A DNA stretch of 64,000 bases from Bryobacterales bacterium (GTDB lineage Bacteria; Acidobacteriota; Terriglobia; Bryobacterales; Bryobacteraceae), in contig CANIIC010000001.1 of NCBI GenBank assembly GCA_947467395.1, forward strand, positions 368 through 64,367, read 5' to 3'. This document shows positions 1-8,535 of the stretch, piece by piece. The number at the start of each line of letters is the position of its first letter. The first letter of the stretch is position 1. The notes under the pieces are model-generated. The model saw nothing but the letters and a program-made list of their open reading frames with translations, had not been told where the DNA came from and searched no databases. Position numbers and translations under genes: made by a program.

Positions 1-70
1 TCAGCAGATCCAGTGGTGTCTGTGCGATCAGAGACACAGCGGCCAAAAGGAAGGCCAGCGGGAGTTTCAT
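1..70 (-). CDS. 5' end of a gene for an exported protein running off the left edge (partial)
   Basis: The reverse complement of 70..2 reads MKLPLAFLLAAVSLIAQTPLDLL, which looks like a signal peptide. The frame stays open to the window edge. Too short to name. Confidence 0.3.
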   Translation of the reverse strand, partial: MKLPLAFLLAAVSLIAQTPLDLL

Positions 71-222
71 GTTAATGAAGTGTAGAGAGCAGAGGTGATC
101 ATTCGATGAGCAGTGAGTGACAGTTTCGTCTCAAGCCCCAATTGTCTTGTTGACGAGCAGAAAGACACGGTAGCCTCATCGGCCTGTAACGCCCTCGACA
201 AACGGCGACGCTACTTTGGAGC

Positions 223-1350
223 ATGTCTCGCCGATTTGTATTGCTCCTCGCGTACTTGGTAGCGCTCTCGAACCTACATGCGCAGCCCGCTCCCCAGCGC
301 GCGAAGAACGTGATCCTCTTCCTGGCCGATGCAGCAGGACTTCCAACGCTGAATGCCGCGAGTGCCCTTGGATATGGCGCTCCGCAGAAGTTATACGTTC
401 AGAGCTGGAATCACATCGCCCTCTCCGACACCTCGACGGCATCGGAATGGGTGACGGACTCGGCGGCGGGCATGACCGCAATCGTTACTGGCAAGAAGAC
501 CAACAATGGCGTCCTGAGCCAGAGTTCTGCATCGCAGCGCGGCAAAGTCGACGGTGCTCCCCTGAAGACGATCGTTGAGTATGCGGAACAACGCGGCGTT
601 TCCACCGGCGTACTCACCAACGTAAATATCGCAGACGCAACTCCGGCGGCTTGCTACGCGCACGTCAACGAACGCGGAAAGTTCGGCGAGATCTTCTCTC
701 AACTGTTCCATCCCAGATTCGGAGATGGAGTCGATGTCGTGATGGGCGTCGGCCGTAGCCAGATCTCCGACAACCTGCGGCCCAGCGGCAAGACACTCGA
801 CGATCTCTCGAAAGAAGGCAACCGGCCGGTGTACTCCACACTCGAAGAGATTCCCTCCATCGCCACCCGCCCGATCGCGGTTCTCAATGGGAACATCGAC
901 CTCCCGGCCGCCGCTCGCACGGCGATCCACAAGCTCTCCGCCAATCCCAAAGGTTACTTTCTGATGATCGAGTGGGACGCGCACACCGACAATCCAGAGA
1001 AGGGCCTGAATAATCTGATCGCCTTCGACAAACTCATCCGCGAGATCGCCACAACCGTTGACCTCGAGGACACGCTCCTGGTATTCACCGCAGATCACTC
1101 CTTCGACCTGCGCGTTCATGACGGCCAACGCTCCGACTCTGTCCTCAAAGGCTTCCCCGAGTGGCAGCGCTCCGGCAGCAAAGACAAGGTCATCGATCTC
1201 CCCGTCATCCGAGTGCACGACACGCACACCGGCGAGGAAGTGCTCGCGACCGCTCAGGGGCCGGGTTCGGAACAACTGAACGGTTTCATTCCAAACACGC
1301 GATTGTTCGAGATCATGATGGCCGCCTTCGGGTGGCCGATCGAACAATAG
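223..1350 (+). CDS. Secreted alkaline phosphatase (PhoA family)
   Basis: Signal peptide MSRRFVLLLAYLVALSNLHA. PhoA-type blocks NVILFLADAAG, VTDSAAGMTAIVTGKKT (Ser nucleophile context), WDAHTD and FTADHS. The antisense ORF 391..1368 is judged a high-GC artefact. Confidence 0.85.
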   Translation: MSRRFVLLLAYLVALSNLHAQPAPQRAKNVILFLADAAGLPTLNAASALGYGAPQKLYVQSWNHIALSDTSTASEWVTDSAAGMTAIVTGKKTNNGVLSQSSASQRGKVDGAPLKTIVEYAEQRGVSTGVLTNVNIADATPAACYAHVNERGKFGEIFSQLFHPRFGDGVDVVMGVGRSQISDNLRPSGKTLDDLSKEGNRPVYSTLEEIPSIATRPIAVLNGNIDLPAAARTAIHKLSANPKGYFLMIEWDAHTDNPEKGLNNLIAFDKLIREIATTVDLEDTLLVFTADHSFDLRVHDGQRSDSVLKGFPEWQRSGSKDKVIDLPVIRVHDTHTGEEVLATAQGPGSEQLNGFIPNTRLFEIMMAAFGWPIEQ

Positions 1351-1359
1351 GAGAACCGC

Positions 1360-1890
1360 TTGAGTCACGATCTCGGCGCGGTTGTTCGAAGTATTTTCAC
1401 TGACCCCACTTTTCTGCTTCGACAGTGGAACTGGAAATCCGCAATCTTCAGCTCCCTGTGCCGGAGCGCCGTGTTCTTCCTAACGACACTCCCGTTCGGG
1501 ATGCGAGCCGCCACCGGGGCCATGTTTGCCGAGTTCGTTTACCGGGCGTTCTCCGCCGGCTTCTATGGAGGACTCACGCAATCGTTCCGGCGGGTGAAAC
1601 CTCGTCAGGTCGCCACCCTGGCAGCGATGATCGGGATTCCGGCATTCTCGCACACGATCGAATTCTTGATGCACTGGCTGCGCGGAACTCCAAACTTGGC
1701 CGTGAGCATCTCTGCCTCGTTCTTGTTCACCATCATCTCCACGGCTTTCAATTTGCACGCCATGCGGGAAGGAGTTCTGGTCGTCGGGCAGGAAGGTGGT
1801 TCTCTCCTATCTGACATGCGAGCCTTGCCGTCCACCATGTTCACATTCATCACCAGCGGCTTCGGACTCTTCGGCACCGCCCGGGAATAA
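1360..1890 (+). CDS. Small integral membrane protein, unknown function
   Basis: TTG start 7 nt after AGGAG (1349-1353). About 4 hydrophobic helices. Its stop lies 1 nt before the next ATG, so it is an operon member. Confidence 0.55.
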   Translation: MSHDLGAVVRSIFTDPTFLLRQWNWKSAIFSSLCRSAVFFLTTLPFGMRAATGAMFAEFVYRAFSAGFYGGLTQSFRRVKPRQVATLAAMIGIPAFSHTIEFLMHWLRGTPNLAVSISASFLFTIISTAFNLHAMREGVLVVGQEGGSLLSDMRALPSTMFTFITSGFGLFGTARE

Positions 1891-1891
1891 G

Positions 1892-3178
1892 ATGGCGCTA
1901 CAAACAGTTCATCTCACAAACGCCTGGCACAACTCGTCGGGCGGTGTGGCGACGTTCTACCGTGCGTTGCTTGCTGCCGCCCATGCGCAGTGGCGGATCG
2001 ACCTCATCGTTCCAGGCGAGACGTCACGCACCGAACGCATCTCCGAGTTCGCGACCATTCACTCCGTGGAGGCCCGTCGGGCACCGCTCAGCAGCGAGTA
2101 TCGCGTCCTCTATCCATCCTCCTACTTAACTCACTCCAGCCCGATCCAACAGATCCTCCGCAACGTTCAACCCGACGTCATCGAGACCACTGATAAATAC
2201 ACTCTCGCCTACATTGCGGGACTGGTACGCATCGGGTGGATCGACGGCCTCCGTCATCGACCTGCACTCATCGGCATCAGCTGTGAACGCATGGATGACA
2301 ACCTTGCCGCGTACACGCACCTGGGCTCCGCGTCATCCTTCTTTGCCCAAGCCTACATGCGGCACATTTACTTCCCCCAGTTCGACCATCACATTGCAGT
2401 GTCGAAGCGGACTGCGCTGGAGTTGCAAATCGCATCCGAAGGGCACAAGCGTACTCGCGGCATCTGGATTCGGGGCATGGGCGTCGACACAACCACATTC
2501 CGGGCCATTCGCCGTTGCCCTGAAAAACAAGTCGAGTTGCGACGATCGACGCAAGCAAACGAATCCACCCCACTTCTGTTGTACGCCGGACGTTTGGCGC
2601 CCGAAAAGAATCTGCCGTTGCTCCTGGACACACTCCGGGAACTTGGCTCAGGCGACGATACACGCTTGTTGATCGCAGGCGATGGTCCGGATCGGGACGC
2701 GTTCTTAACCGCAGCTGAGAACGAATTCCCGCATCGGGTCGTCTACCTGGGTTTCGAGACAGATCGTGAACGCTTCGCCGACTTGTTGGCCAACGTGGAT
2801 GTATTTCTGCACCCCAATCCTCAGGAACCTTTCGGCATCGCGCCGCTCGAAGCCATGGCTTCTGGAAGGCCTCTGGTCGCACCCAACCAGGGCGGCGTGA
2901 CCGAGTACGCTAACGCAGGCAATGCGTGGCTGGTGGATGCAACGGGCGCCGCGTTCGCCCAGGCCGTGCGACAGATCTTCGCAGATCCCCATGCCCGCGA
3001 GACCCGTGTCGCAGCAGCGCTGGAAACGGCACTGGCTCGTTCCTGGAGCCGAATCGCCCGGCAGTTTGAGCTCCTCTATTCAGACCTGAAGGCACGTACC
3101 CAGAGCGCGGCCTACAGCGGAACACAGGAGCCGGACTTCTGGTCCAAACCAATCGGCGATATTGACACACCGCTGTAA
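1892..3178 (+). CDS. Glycosyltransferase family 4 (GT-B fold)
   Basis: ATG 1892 chosen because the upstream part of ORF 1796.. overlaps the previous gene. GT4 C-terminal blocks LLYAGRLAPEKNL and EPFGIAPLEAMASGRPLVAP. Confidence 0.8.
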   Translation: MALQTVHLTNAWHNSSGGVATFYRALLAAAHAQWRIDLIVPGETSRTERISEFATIHSVEARRAPLSSEYRVLYPSSYLTHSSPIQQILRNVQPDVIETTDKYTLAYIAGLVRIGWIDGLRHRPALIGISCERMDDNLAAYTHLGSASSFFAQAYMRHIYFPQFDHHIAVSKRTALELQIASEGHKRTRGIWIRGMGVDTTTFRAIRRCPEKQVELRRSTQANESTPLLLYAGRLAPEKNLPLLLDTLRELGSGDDTRLLIAGDGPDRDAFLTAAENEFPHRVVYLGFETDRERFADLLANVDVFLHPNPQEPFGIAPLEAMASGRPLVAPNQGGVTEYANAGNAWLVDATGAAFAQAVRQIFADPHARETRVAAALETALARSWSRIARQFELLYSDLKARTQSAAYSGTQEPDFWSKPIGDIDTPL

Positions 3179-3212
3179 ACGCACTGAAAAGGGACCTCCG
3201 TAACATGAGGCC

Positions 3213-4046
3213 ATGTACGTGAAGACCCTGGCATCTCTGCTACTCTGCTCTTTCGTGATGACTGCCGCGGGCGGCCCCAAGATCGAAGTCCACGGCCACC
3301 GCGGAGCGCGAGCCCGTTTCCCTGAAAACACTCTACCTGCCTTCGAATACGCGATCGCGCAAGGCGTAGACGTCCTGGAACTGGACCTTGGCGTCACCAA
3401 AGACAACATTGTTGTGGTTTCTCACGATTCTGTTTTGCGCTCTCCGGTCTGCAATGGCCCGCGCAATGAAGTTCCCATCCGTAACCTGACTTTGGCCGAA
3501 GTGCGGCAGTGGGACTGCGGTTCCAAACAGAACCCTCAATTCCCCAGCCAGAAGACGGTCGTCGGCACACGCATGCCCACTCTCGACGAGGTCTTGAGTC
3601 TCGCATCCCGCGGCAAGTTCAAGTTCAACATGGAAACGAAGATCACGCCCATGGAACCCACCTTGGCGCCGGAACCCAAGGAATTCGCGCGGCTGGTGCT
3701 GGAAGTGATCCGCAAGCATCACCTGGAATCGCGGGTGATTCTGCAGTCCTTCGATTTCCGCACGCTCCACGCCATGAAAGAACTGGCCCCGGAAATCGCC
3801 CTGTCAGCCTTGTATAGTGGCCCACCCCGCTCGTTCGTGGAGATCGGCAAAGAAAGCGGCGCTCGGATCATCTCTCCGGAGTATCGTCTTGTAACCGCCG
3901 CCGAAGTGAAGGCCGCGCATACGGCTGGCTTCACGGTGATTCCGTGGACATCCAACGCTCCGCATGAGTGGGATGCACTGATCGCCGCCGGCGTGGATGC
4001 CATCATCACCGACGACCCGGGCGCGTTGATCGCCCATTTGAGGTAG
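3213..4046 (+). CDS. glpQ: Secreted glycerophosphodiester phosphodiesterase
   Basis: Signal peptide MYVKTLASLLLCSFVMTAAG. GDPD motifs HGHRGARARFPENTLPAFEYA and VLELDL, plus the C-terminal VDAIITDDP. Confidence 0.85.
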   Translation: MYVKTLASLLLCSFVMTAAGGPKIEVHGHRGARARFPENTLPAFEYAIAQGVDVLELDLGVTKDNIVVVSHDSVLRSPVCNGPRNEVPIRNLTLAEVRQWDCGSKQNPQFPSQKTVVGTRMPTLDEVLSLASRGKFKFNMETKITPMEPTLAPEPKEFARLVLEVIRKHHLESRVILQSFDFRTLHAMKELAPEIALSALYSGPPRSFVEIGKESGARIISPEYRLVTAAEVKAAHTAGFTVIPWTSNAPHEWDALIAAGVDAIITDDPGALIAHLR

Positions 4047-4047
4047 T

Positions 4048-5280
4048 GTGCGAGATTTCACTCCCCGCGTGGCCTTCTTCACCGATAGCTTCCACGAAGC
4101 CAACGGTGTCGCGCGCACCAGCCGTGAGTTTGCGGCTTACGCGCGCTCTTCATTCTTCCCGTTTCTGGCTGTCCACCCCGGCACCCGTACTGCGCACCTT
4201 CGCCGCGGCACGTATGAAGCGTTCGAACTGGCTCCCAGCGCAGCGACGCTTCAGCTGGAACATGACCTGACGTTTGATCTGTTGTTCATGCGTCACTTTC
4301 GCGCGCTCCGACGCACCGTCGCAGCTTTTGAGCCGGACCTTATTCACATCACCGGACCCGGACACTGCGGAATTCTGGGCGCCATGCTGGCCTACAGTCT
4401 TGGTGTTCCGCTGGTCGCCTCCTGGCATACCAACGTCCACGAATACGCCTCCCGCCGCCTTGCGCGGATGCTGCAAGGTTGGCCCCAGTCCCTGCGCCAC
4501 GCGGGCGTATCGTTCTCTGAACAACGCGCGCTGGATCTGACCGTTCGCTTTTATCAGTTGGCGCGCATCCTGTTCGCTCCCAACCCGGAATTGATGGCGA
4601 TGCTGAAGCAGCGCACGTCGCAACCCGTTCATCTAATGGCCCGCGGGATCGATTGCCGACTTTTCCATCCGCAACGCAGAACTGCAACTGGGCACCCGTT
4701 CACGATCGGCTACGTCGGCCGCCTCTCCACCGAAAAGAACGTGCGCCTGTTCGCCGCACTCGAGGCGCAACTACGCCAGTCCGGAATCACAGATCACCGG
4801 TTCCTCATCGTGGGTGAGGGTTCGGAGCGCGAGTGGCTGCGGCAGAATCTGACCAACGCCGAACTTCCCGGCGTGCTGCATGGGGACGCGCTCGCCACTG
4901 CCTACGCGAACATGGACGCGTTCGTATTCCCCTCGGAGACCGACACCTACGGTAACGTCGTGCAGGAGGCGCTTGCTTCGGGTGTTCCGTGCATCGTTAG
5001 TGCCCACGGCGGTCCGCAGTTCCTGATTGAGGCCGGCGAAACGGGCTTTGTCGCGCAGGATCCTTCAGCCTACGCTACTGCCATCACCCGGCTCATCCAG
5101 GACCCCGCGTTGCTGGCAAGAATGCGCATTCACGCGCGCGCCGCAGCGCTCGAACGGAACTGGAACGCAGTATTCGATGATGTCTACGCGGCCTATCGCA
5201 TGGGCCTGAAAGAGGGAACCATCCCGCGCAGTCGACGCGCGTCCCGCCCGTCGACAAATTGGGCTCGCCGCGCTGTCTAA
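4048..5280 (+). CDS. Glycosyltransferase family 4
   Basis: GTG start 1 nt after the upstream stop. Blocks IGYVGRLSTEKNV and PSETDTYGNVVQEALASGVPCIVS (E-x7-E type). Confidence 0.8.
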   Translation: MRDFTPRVAFFTDSFHEANGVARTSREFAAYARSSFFPFLAVHPGTRTAHLRRGTYEAFELAPSAATLQLEHDLTFDLLFMRHFRALRRTVAAFEPDLIHITGPGHCGILGAMLAYSLGVPLVASWHTNVHEYASRRLARMLQGWPQSLRHAGVSFSEQRALDLTVRFYQLARILFAPNPELMAMLKQRTSQPVHLMARGIDCRLFHPQRRTATGHPFTIGYVGRLSTEKNVRLFAALEAQLRQSGITDHRFLIVGEGSEREWLRQNLTNAELPGVLHGDALATAYANMDAFVFPSETDTYGNVVQEALASGVPCIVSAHGGPQFLIEAGETGFVAQDPSAYATAITRLIQDPALLARMRIHARAAALERNWNAVFDDVYAAYRMGLKEGTIPRSRRASRPSTNWARRAV

Positions 5281-5303
5281 AACATTTCCTTCTTGAAATG
5301 TTT
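5280..5303 (+). terminator. Perfect 9-bp AT-rich hairpin in the AT-rich spacer after the GT4 gene (attenuator or terminator candidate)
   Basis: aaacatttc-cttctt-gaaatgttt directly follows the TAA at 5278-5280. There is no separate T-run. Confidence 0.25.
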
Positions 5304-5350
5304 CATGAGAGATTATTCCGCCTGCAACGAAATATTCGATTTAAACAGGC

Positions 5351-6484
5351 ATGCTGGCAGGCATGAAGCCGTCCATCCTGCATGTGTCGCAGGGCAACAC
5401 ACTCCCCCAACGCTTCCGTACCGGCGTGTCGCTCCACTCCCACACGCTGCACTCAAAAGAATCGCTGAACTTCATCAATCATGCATCGCAGCACTCTGCC
5501 CTGCTGCGGACCGTGCTGCGTCACGGCGAAGCTCGCTACCGGAAACTCCACGGCAAGGAACTGGATCTCAAGCGAGGCTGGTGGACGCCACCATTGGCTC
5601 CACTGGACGCTCTCCGGGTAGAATCCTCGCAGATCGAATCCATGGGCCTCGGTCCGCTGGTTTCTCTCTCCGATCACGATGACATCGAAGCAGGTATGTC
5701 GCTGCAGGCCCTCGATGCCTCCCGCACCGTGCCCATCTCCGTCGAGTGGACCGTGCCGTTCGGAACGACGTTCTTTCACATCGGCGTCCACAACATTCTG
5801 CCCATGCACGCCCGCATGGTGATGCAATGCCTGGAAGCGTTTACCGCCCAGCCTGATCCTGCCAACTTAGGCACGATTTTCTCTGACCTTCACTCTCATC
5901 CGGCGACCCTGATCATCTTCAACCACCCGCTGTGGGATGAAAAAGGAATCGGCGCCGCCCTCCATCGCGAAACCGTTCTGGATTTCCTGCGGCAGCACCA
6001 AGAGTTCATTCACGCCTTCGAACTGAACGGCCTGCGCCCGTGGCACGAAAACGATCTGGCCATTCAACTCGCGGCGCAGTGGAACAAACCCGTGATCTCC
6101 GGCGGCGACCGGCATGCCGTCGAACCCAACGCCATCCTTAACGCCACCAATGCCGGCACCTTCGCTGAATTCGTCGAAGAGGTTCGTGAGGATCGCCACA
6201 GTGAAGTGTTGGTCATGCAGCACTATCACGAGGGCCACGTGAGCCGCATCTTCCACAACATGCTAGACGTGTTCCGGACCTATGATGACCATGGCCGCGG
6301 CTGGACCGAATGGGGCGACCGCGTCTTCTTCACTTCGGAAACTGGCGAAGTGCGCTCACTCCGCCAGTATTGGGGCGAGAACCCGCCATCCGCCGTAGCG
6401 ATCTTCGCGGGTTTCATGCGCCTTGCCGGTCAGTTGCCGGGCAAGGGCACCCTCCGCGCCGGTGCTCAAGTGCAGCGTGACTAA
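5351..6484 (+). CDS. Hypothetical protein, possible PHP-like metal-dependent phosphoesterase
   Basis: His/Asp/Glu-rich blocks in PHP-like order: VSLHSHTLHS, FNHPLWDE, AFELNG, ISGGDRHA. No signal peptide. Assignment is tentative. Confidence 0.5.
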   Translation: MLAGMKPSILHVSQGNTLPQRFRTGVSLHSHTLHSKESLNFINHASQHSALLRTVLRHGEARYRKLHGKELDLKRGWWTPPLAPLDALRVESSQIESMGLGPLVSLSDHDDIEAGMSLQALDASRTVPISVEWTVPFGTTFFHIGVHNILPMHARMVMQCLEAFTAQPDPANLGTIFSDLHSHPATLIIFNHPLWDEKGIGAALHRETVLDFLRQHQEFIHAFELNGLRPWHENDLAIQLAAQWNKPVISGGDRHAVEPNAILNATNAGTFAEFVEEVREDRHSEVLVMQHYHEGHVSRIFHNMLDVFRTYDDHGRGWTEWGDRVFFTSETGEVRSLRQYWGENPPSAVAIFAGFMRLAGQLPGKGTLRAGAQVQRD

Positions 6485-6581
6485 AACACCTCCCTAAAAG
6501 GGGTGTGCCCCGAACCCGTCAGGGTCCGAGGCACGTTCGTCAGGGGTTGATCCAATTACAACCGACGCGCGTTTCTTCCAG

Positions 6582-8345
6582 ATGACGGAGCCATCAATGT
6601 TCACACAGCGATTCAGTCCTCTTAGTTCCGCAATCGGCGACTGGTTGATCAAGGACTTGGCCCGGCGCGGCGAGTGTGCGCGCGTCCAAGCTCACCGCCC
6701 CTATTTCGAAAGCCTCCTGAATGAGTTTGGTCTTGCGTATTCTTGTGAACCCATTGAATCCAGTCGTATCCCGCGTGAGGGACCCGCTGTTGTCGTCGCG
6801 AACCATCCTTTCGGACTCGCCGAAGGACCCATTCTGGGAGACTTGCTCACGCGCTGCCGCCCGGACGTAAAATTTCTCGCCAACTCCCTGCTCACCGCCA
6901 TCCCTGGCCTCGCGCCCTACCTTCTTCCGGTGGATCCCTTCGGAGGCCCTACTGCGGCCCGGCAGAACGTGACCTCGATGCGTCAAGGACTCAAGTGGCT
7001 CGAGGAAGGACACCTTCTGGTCATCTTCCCTGCGGGCGAGGTGGCGTCCTTCCAAGGGCCGCAACTCGGGATTACGGACCCCTCCTGGCACGCCGGTCTC
7101 GCCCGGATCATTCGCCGCAGCAAAGCTTCCGTGGTCCCGGCATTCTTCCACGGCATCAACAGTCCAGCCTTCCATGCCGCTGGCCTCTTGCATCCCCGCC
7201 TCCGCACGCTCCTGCTGCCCTTCGAGTTCCACAACAAGCGAGGCACCACCATTCGCCTCTCCATCGGGTCTGCGATCCCGGCCCGTCGGCTCTCTCATCT
7301 GACCGGAGACTCCGAACTCATTCAGTACCTGCGGCATCGCACTTACCTACACGCAGGCCAGCGGGCTCGAACCTCGAAGCCCACTGCGGCAGCGGCACGC
7401 GCCAAGATCGCCAACCCCAGCGAACCCGCGGCGCAGCGCGAAGAAGTTGCCGCGCTTCGCCCCGACCAGCAACTCATTTCCGCCAACGAATTCGACGTCT
7501 ACATCGCATCAGCCCAGGACATCCCTGCGATTCTTCAGGAGATCGGCCGCCTTCGCGAGGTCACTTTTCGCGAGGCAGGCGAAGGCAGCGGCAACGCGCG
7601 CGATCTTGACGTGTTCGATCAGCACTACCAGCACCTGTTCATGTGGAATCGCGTGAAGGAGGAAGTTGTTGGTGCGTATCGCGTCGCCCGCACCGATGAA
7701 GTTGTCTCGCGCTTCGGCCCCCAAGGCCTCTACACCAGCACATTGTTTCGGCTGAGACCCGGCTTCCTGCAAAGCATCCAGCCCGCGCTGGAACTCGGCC
7801 GCTCCTTCGTGCGCAAAGAGTATCAGCGCAGCTACACGCCGCTGCTGCTGTTGTGGAAGGCGATCGGCAGCTACGTTGTGGCCAACCCTCGCTATAAGAC
7901 ACTCTTCGGTCCCGTCAGCATCAGCCGCGATTACACCACCCGCTCGCAGGAATTGATCGTCGCCTACGCTCAGGCTCGTCGCCGCAACGTGGAGCTCGCC
8001 GGAAGCGTGCGGCCCCGCCGGAAATTTGCCTCTGGCTCGAGCCGTGCTCAGAACCTGCGCTTGCTCGGCGAGATGCTCCCCGATTTGGCGGAACTATCCA
8101 GCGTCGTCTCCGATCTCGAACCGGACGGCAAGGGCATCCCCGTACTGCTGCATCACTACCTCAACATCGGTGGCGAAGTGCTGGAGTTCAGCGTCGACGG
8201 CAGCTTCTCGGACGTCCTGGATGGCCTGGTCGTCGTGGATCTCACGCAGACTAACCGGCGCATGCTCGAGCGCTATATGGGTTCGACGGGAGCCAGTAGA
8301 TTTTTGGGCCACCATCTGGCCCTAGAAGTTGCCGCACCGGGGTAG
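6582..8345 (+). CDS. Bifunctional acyltransferase, OlsF-like (PlsC/OlsA-type O-acyltransferase domain plus OlsB/GNAT-type N-acyltransferase domain)
   Basis: The N-terminal half has VVVANHPFGLAEGP and VIFPAGEV blocks. The C-terminal half has REVTFREAGEGSGNARDLDVFDQHYQHLFMWN..VVGAYRV. Length (587 aa) and domain order match OlsF. Confidence 0.65.
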   Translation: MTEPSMFTQRFSPLSSAIGDWLIKDLARRGECARVQAHRPYFESLLNEFGLAYSCEPIESSRIPREGPAVVVANHPFGLAEGPILGDLLTRCRPDVKFLANSLLTAIPGLAPYLLPVDPFGGPTAARQNVTSMRQGLKWLEEGHLLVIFPAGEVASFQGPQLGITDPSWHAGLARIIRRSKASVVPAFFHGINSPAFHAAGLLHPRLRTLLLPFEFHNKRGTTIRLSIGSAIPARRLSHLTGDSELIQYLRHRTYLHAGQRARTSKPTAAAARAKIANPSEPAAQREEVAALRPDQQLISANEFDVYIASAQDIPAILQEIGRLREVTFREAGEGSGNARDLDVFDQHYQHLFMWNRVKEEVVGAYRVARTDEVVSRFGPQGLYTSTLFRLRPGFLQSIQPALELGRSFVRKEYQRSYTPLLLLWKAIGSYVVANPRYKTLFGPVSISRDYTTRSQELIVAYAQARRRNVELAGSVRPRRKFASGSSRAQNLRLLGEMLPDLAELSSVVSDLEPDGKGIPVLLHHYLNIGGEVLEFSVDGSFSDVLDGLVVVDLTQTNRRMLERYMGSTGASRFLGHHLALEVAAPG

Positions 8346-8376
8346 GGGAAGACCGGGGCGGTGGAAATAGAAGAAG

Positions 8377-8452
8377 TGGTGGGCCCTGATGGATTCGAAC
8401 CAGCAACCAACGGATTATGAGTCCGCTGCACTAACCATTGTGCTAAGGGCCC
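8377..8452 (-). tRNA. tRNA with CAT anticodon (Met, or Ile2 if lysidinylated), CCA encoded
   Basis: The reverse complement is GGGCCCTTAGCACAATGGTTAGTGCAGCGGACTCATAATCCGTTGGTTGCTGGTTCGAATCCATCAGGGCCCACCA. It has a 7-bp acceptor stem, D stem GCAC/GTGC, anticodon loop CTCATAA and T-loop TTCGAAT. There is one C:U mismatch in the T stem. Overall it resembles E. coli ileX more than metT (from memory). Confidence 0.85.
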
Positions 8453-8535
8453 GTGGCGACCATCGTAACATCCAAGCTTTGTATCATGAGAGCTTGCCCC
8501 GACTCTCCGAACAATCCCAACGCTTTCACCAATAC

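Noticed and set aside
71-222. Pho box upstream of the alkaline phosphatase gene
   Set aside because: I looked for E. coli-type CTGTCAT-N4-CTGTCAT direct repeats and found only a weak GTGAGTGACAG element. That is not enough to call, and the PhoB motif of this lineage is unknown to me.
8389-8535. N-terminal 49 codons of ORF 8389..9621
   Set aside because: They are the antisense reading of the tRNA at 8377..8452 (MDSNQQPTDYESAALTIVLRA = GGATTCGAACC... region). This is not protein-coding, so the CDS start was moved downstream.
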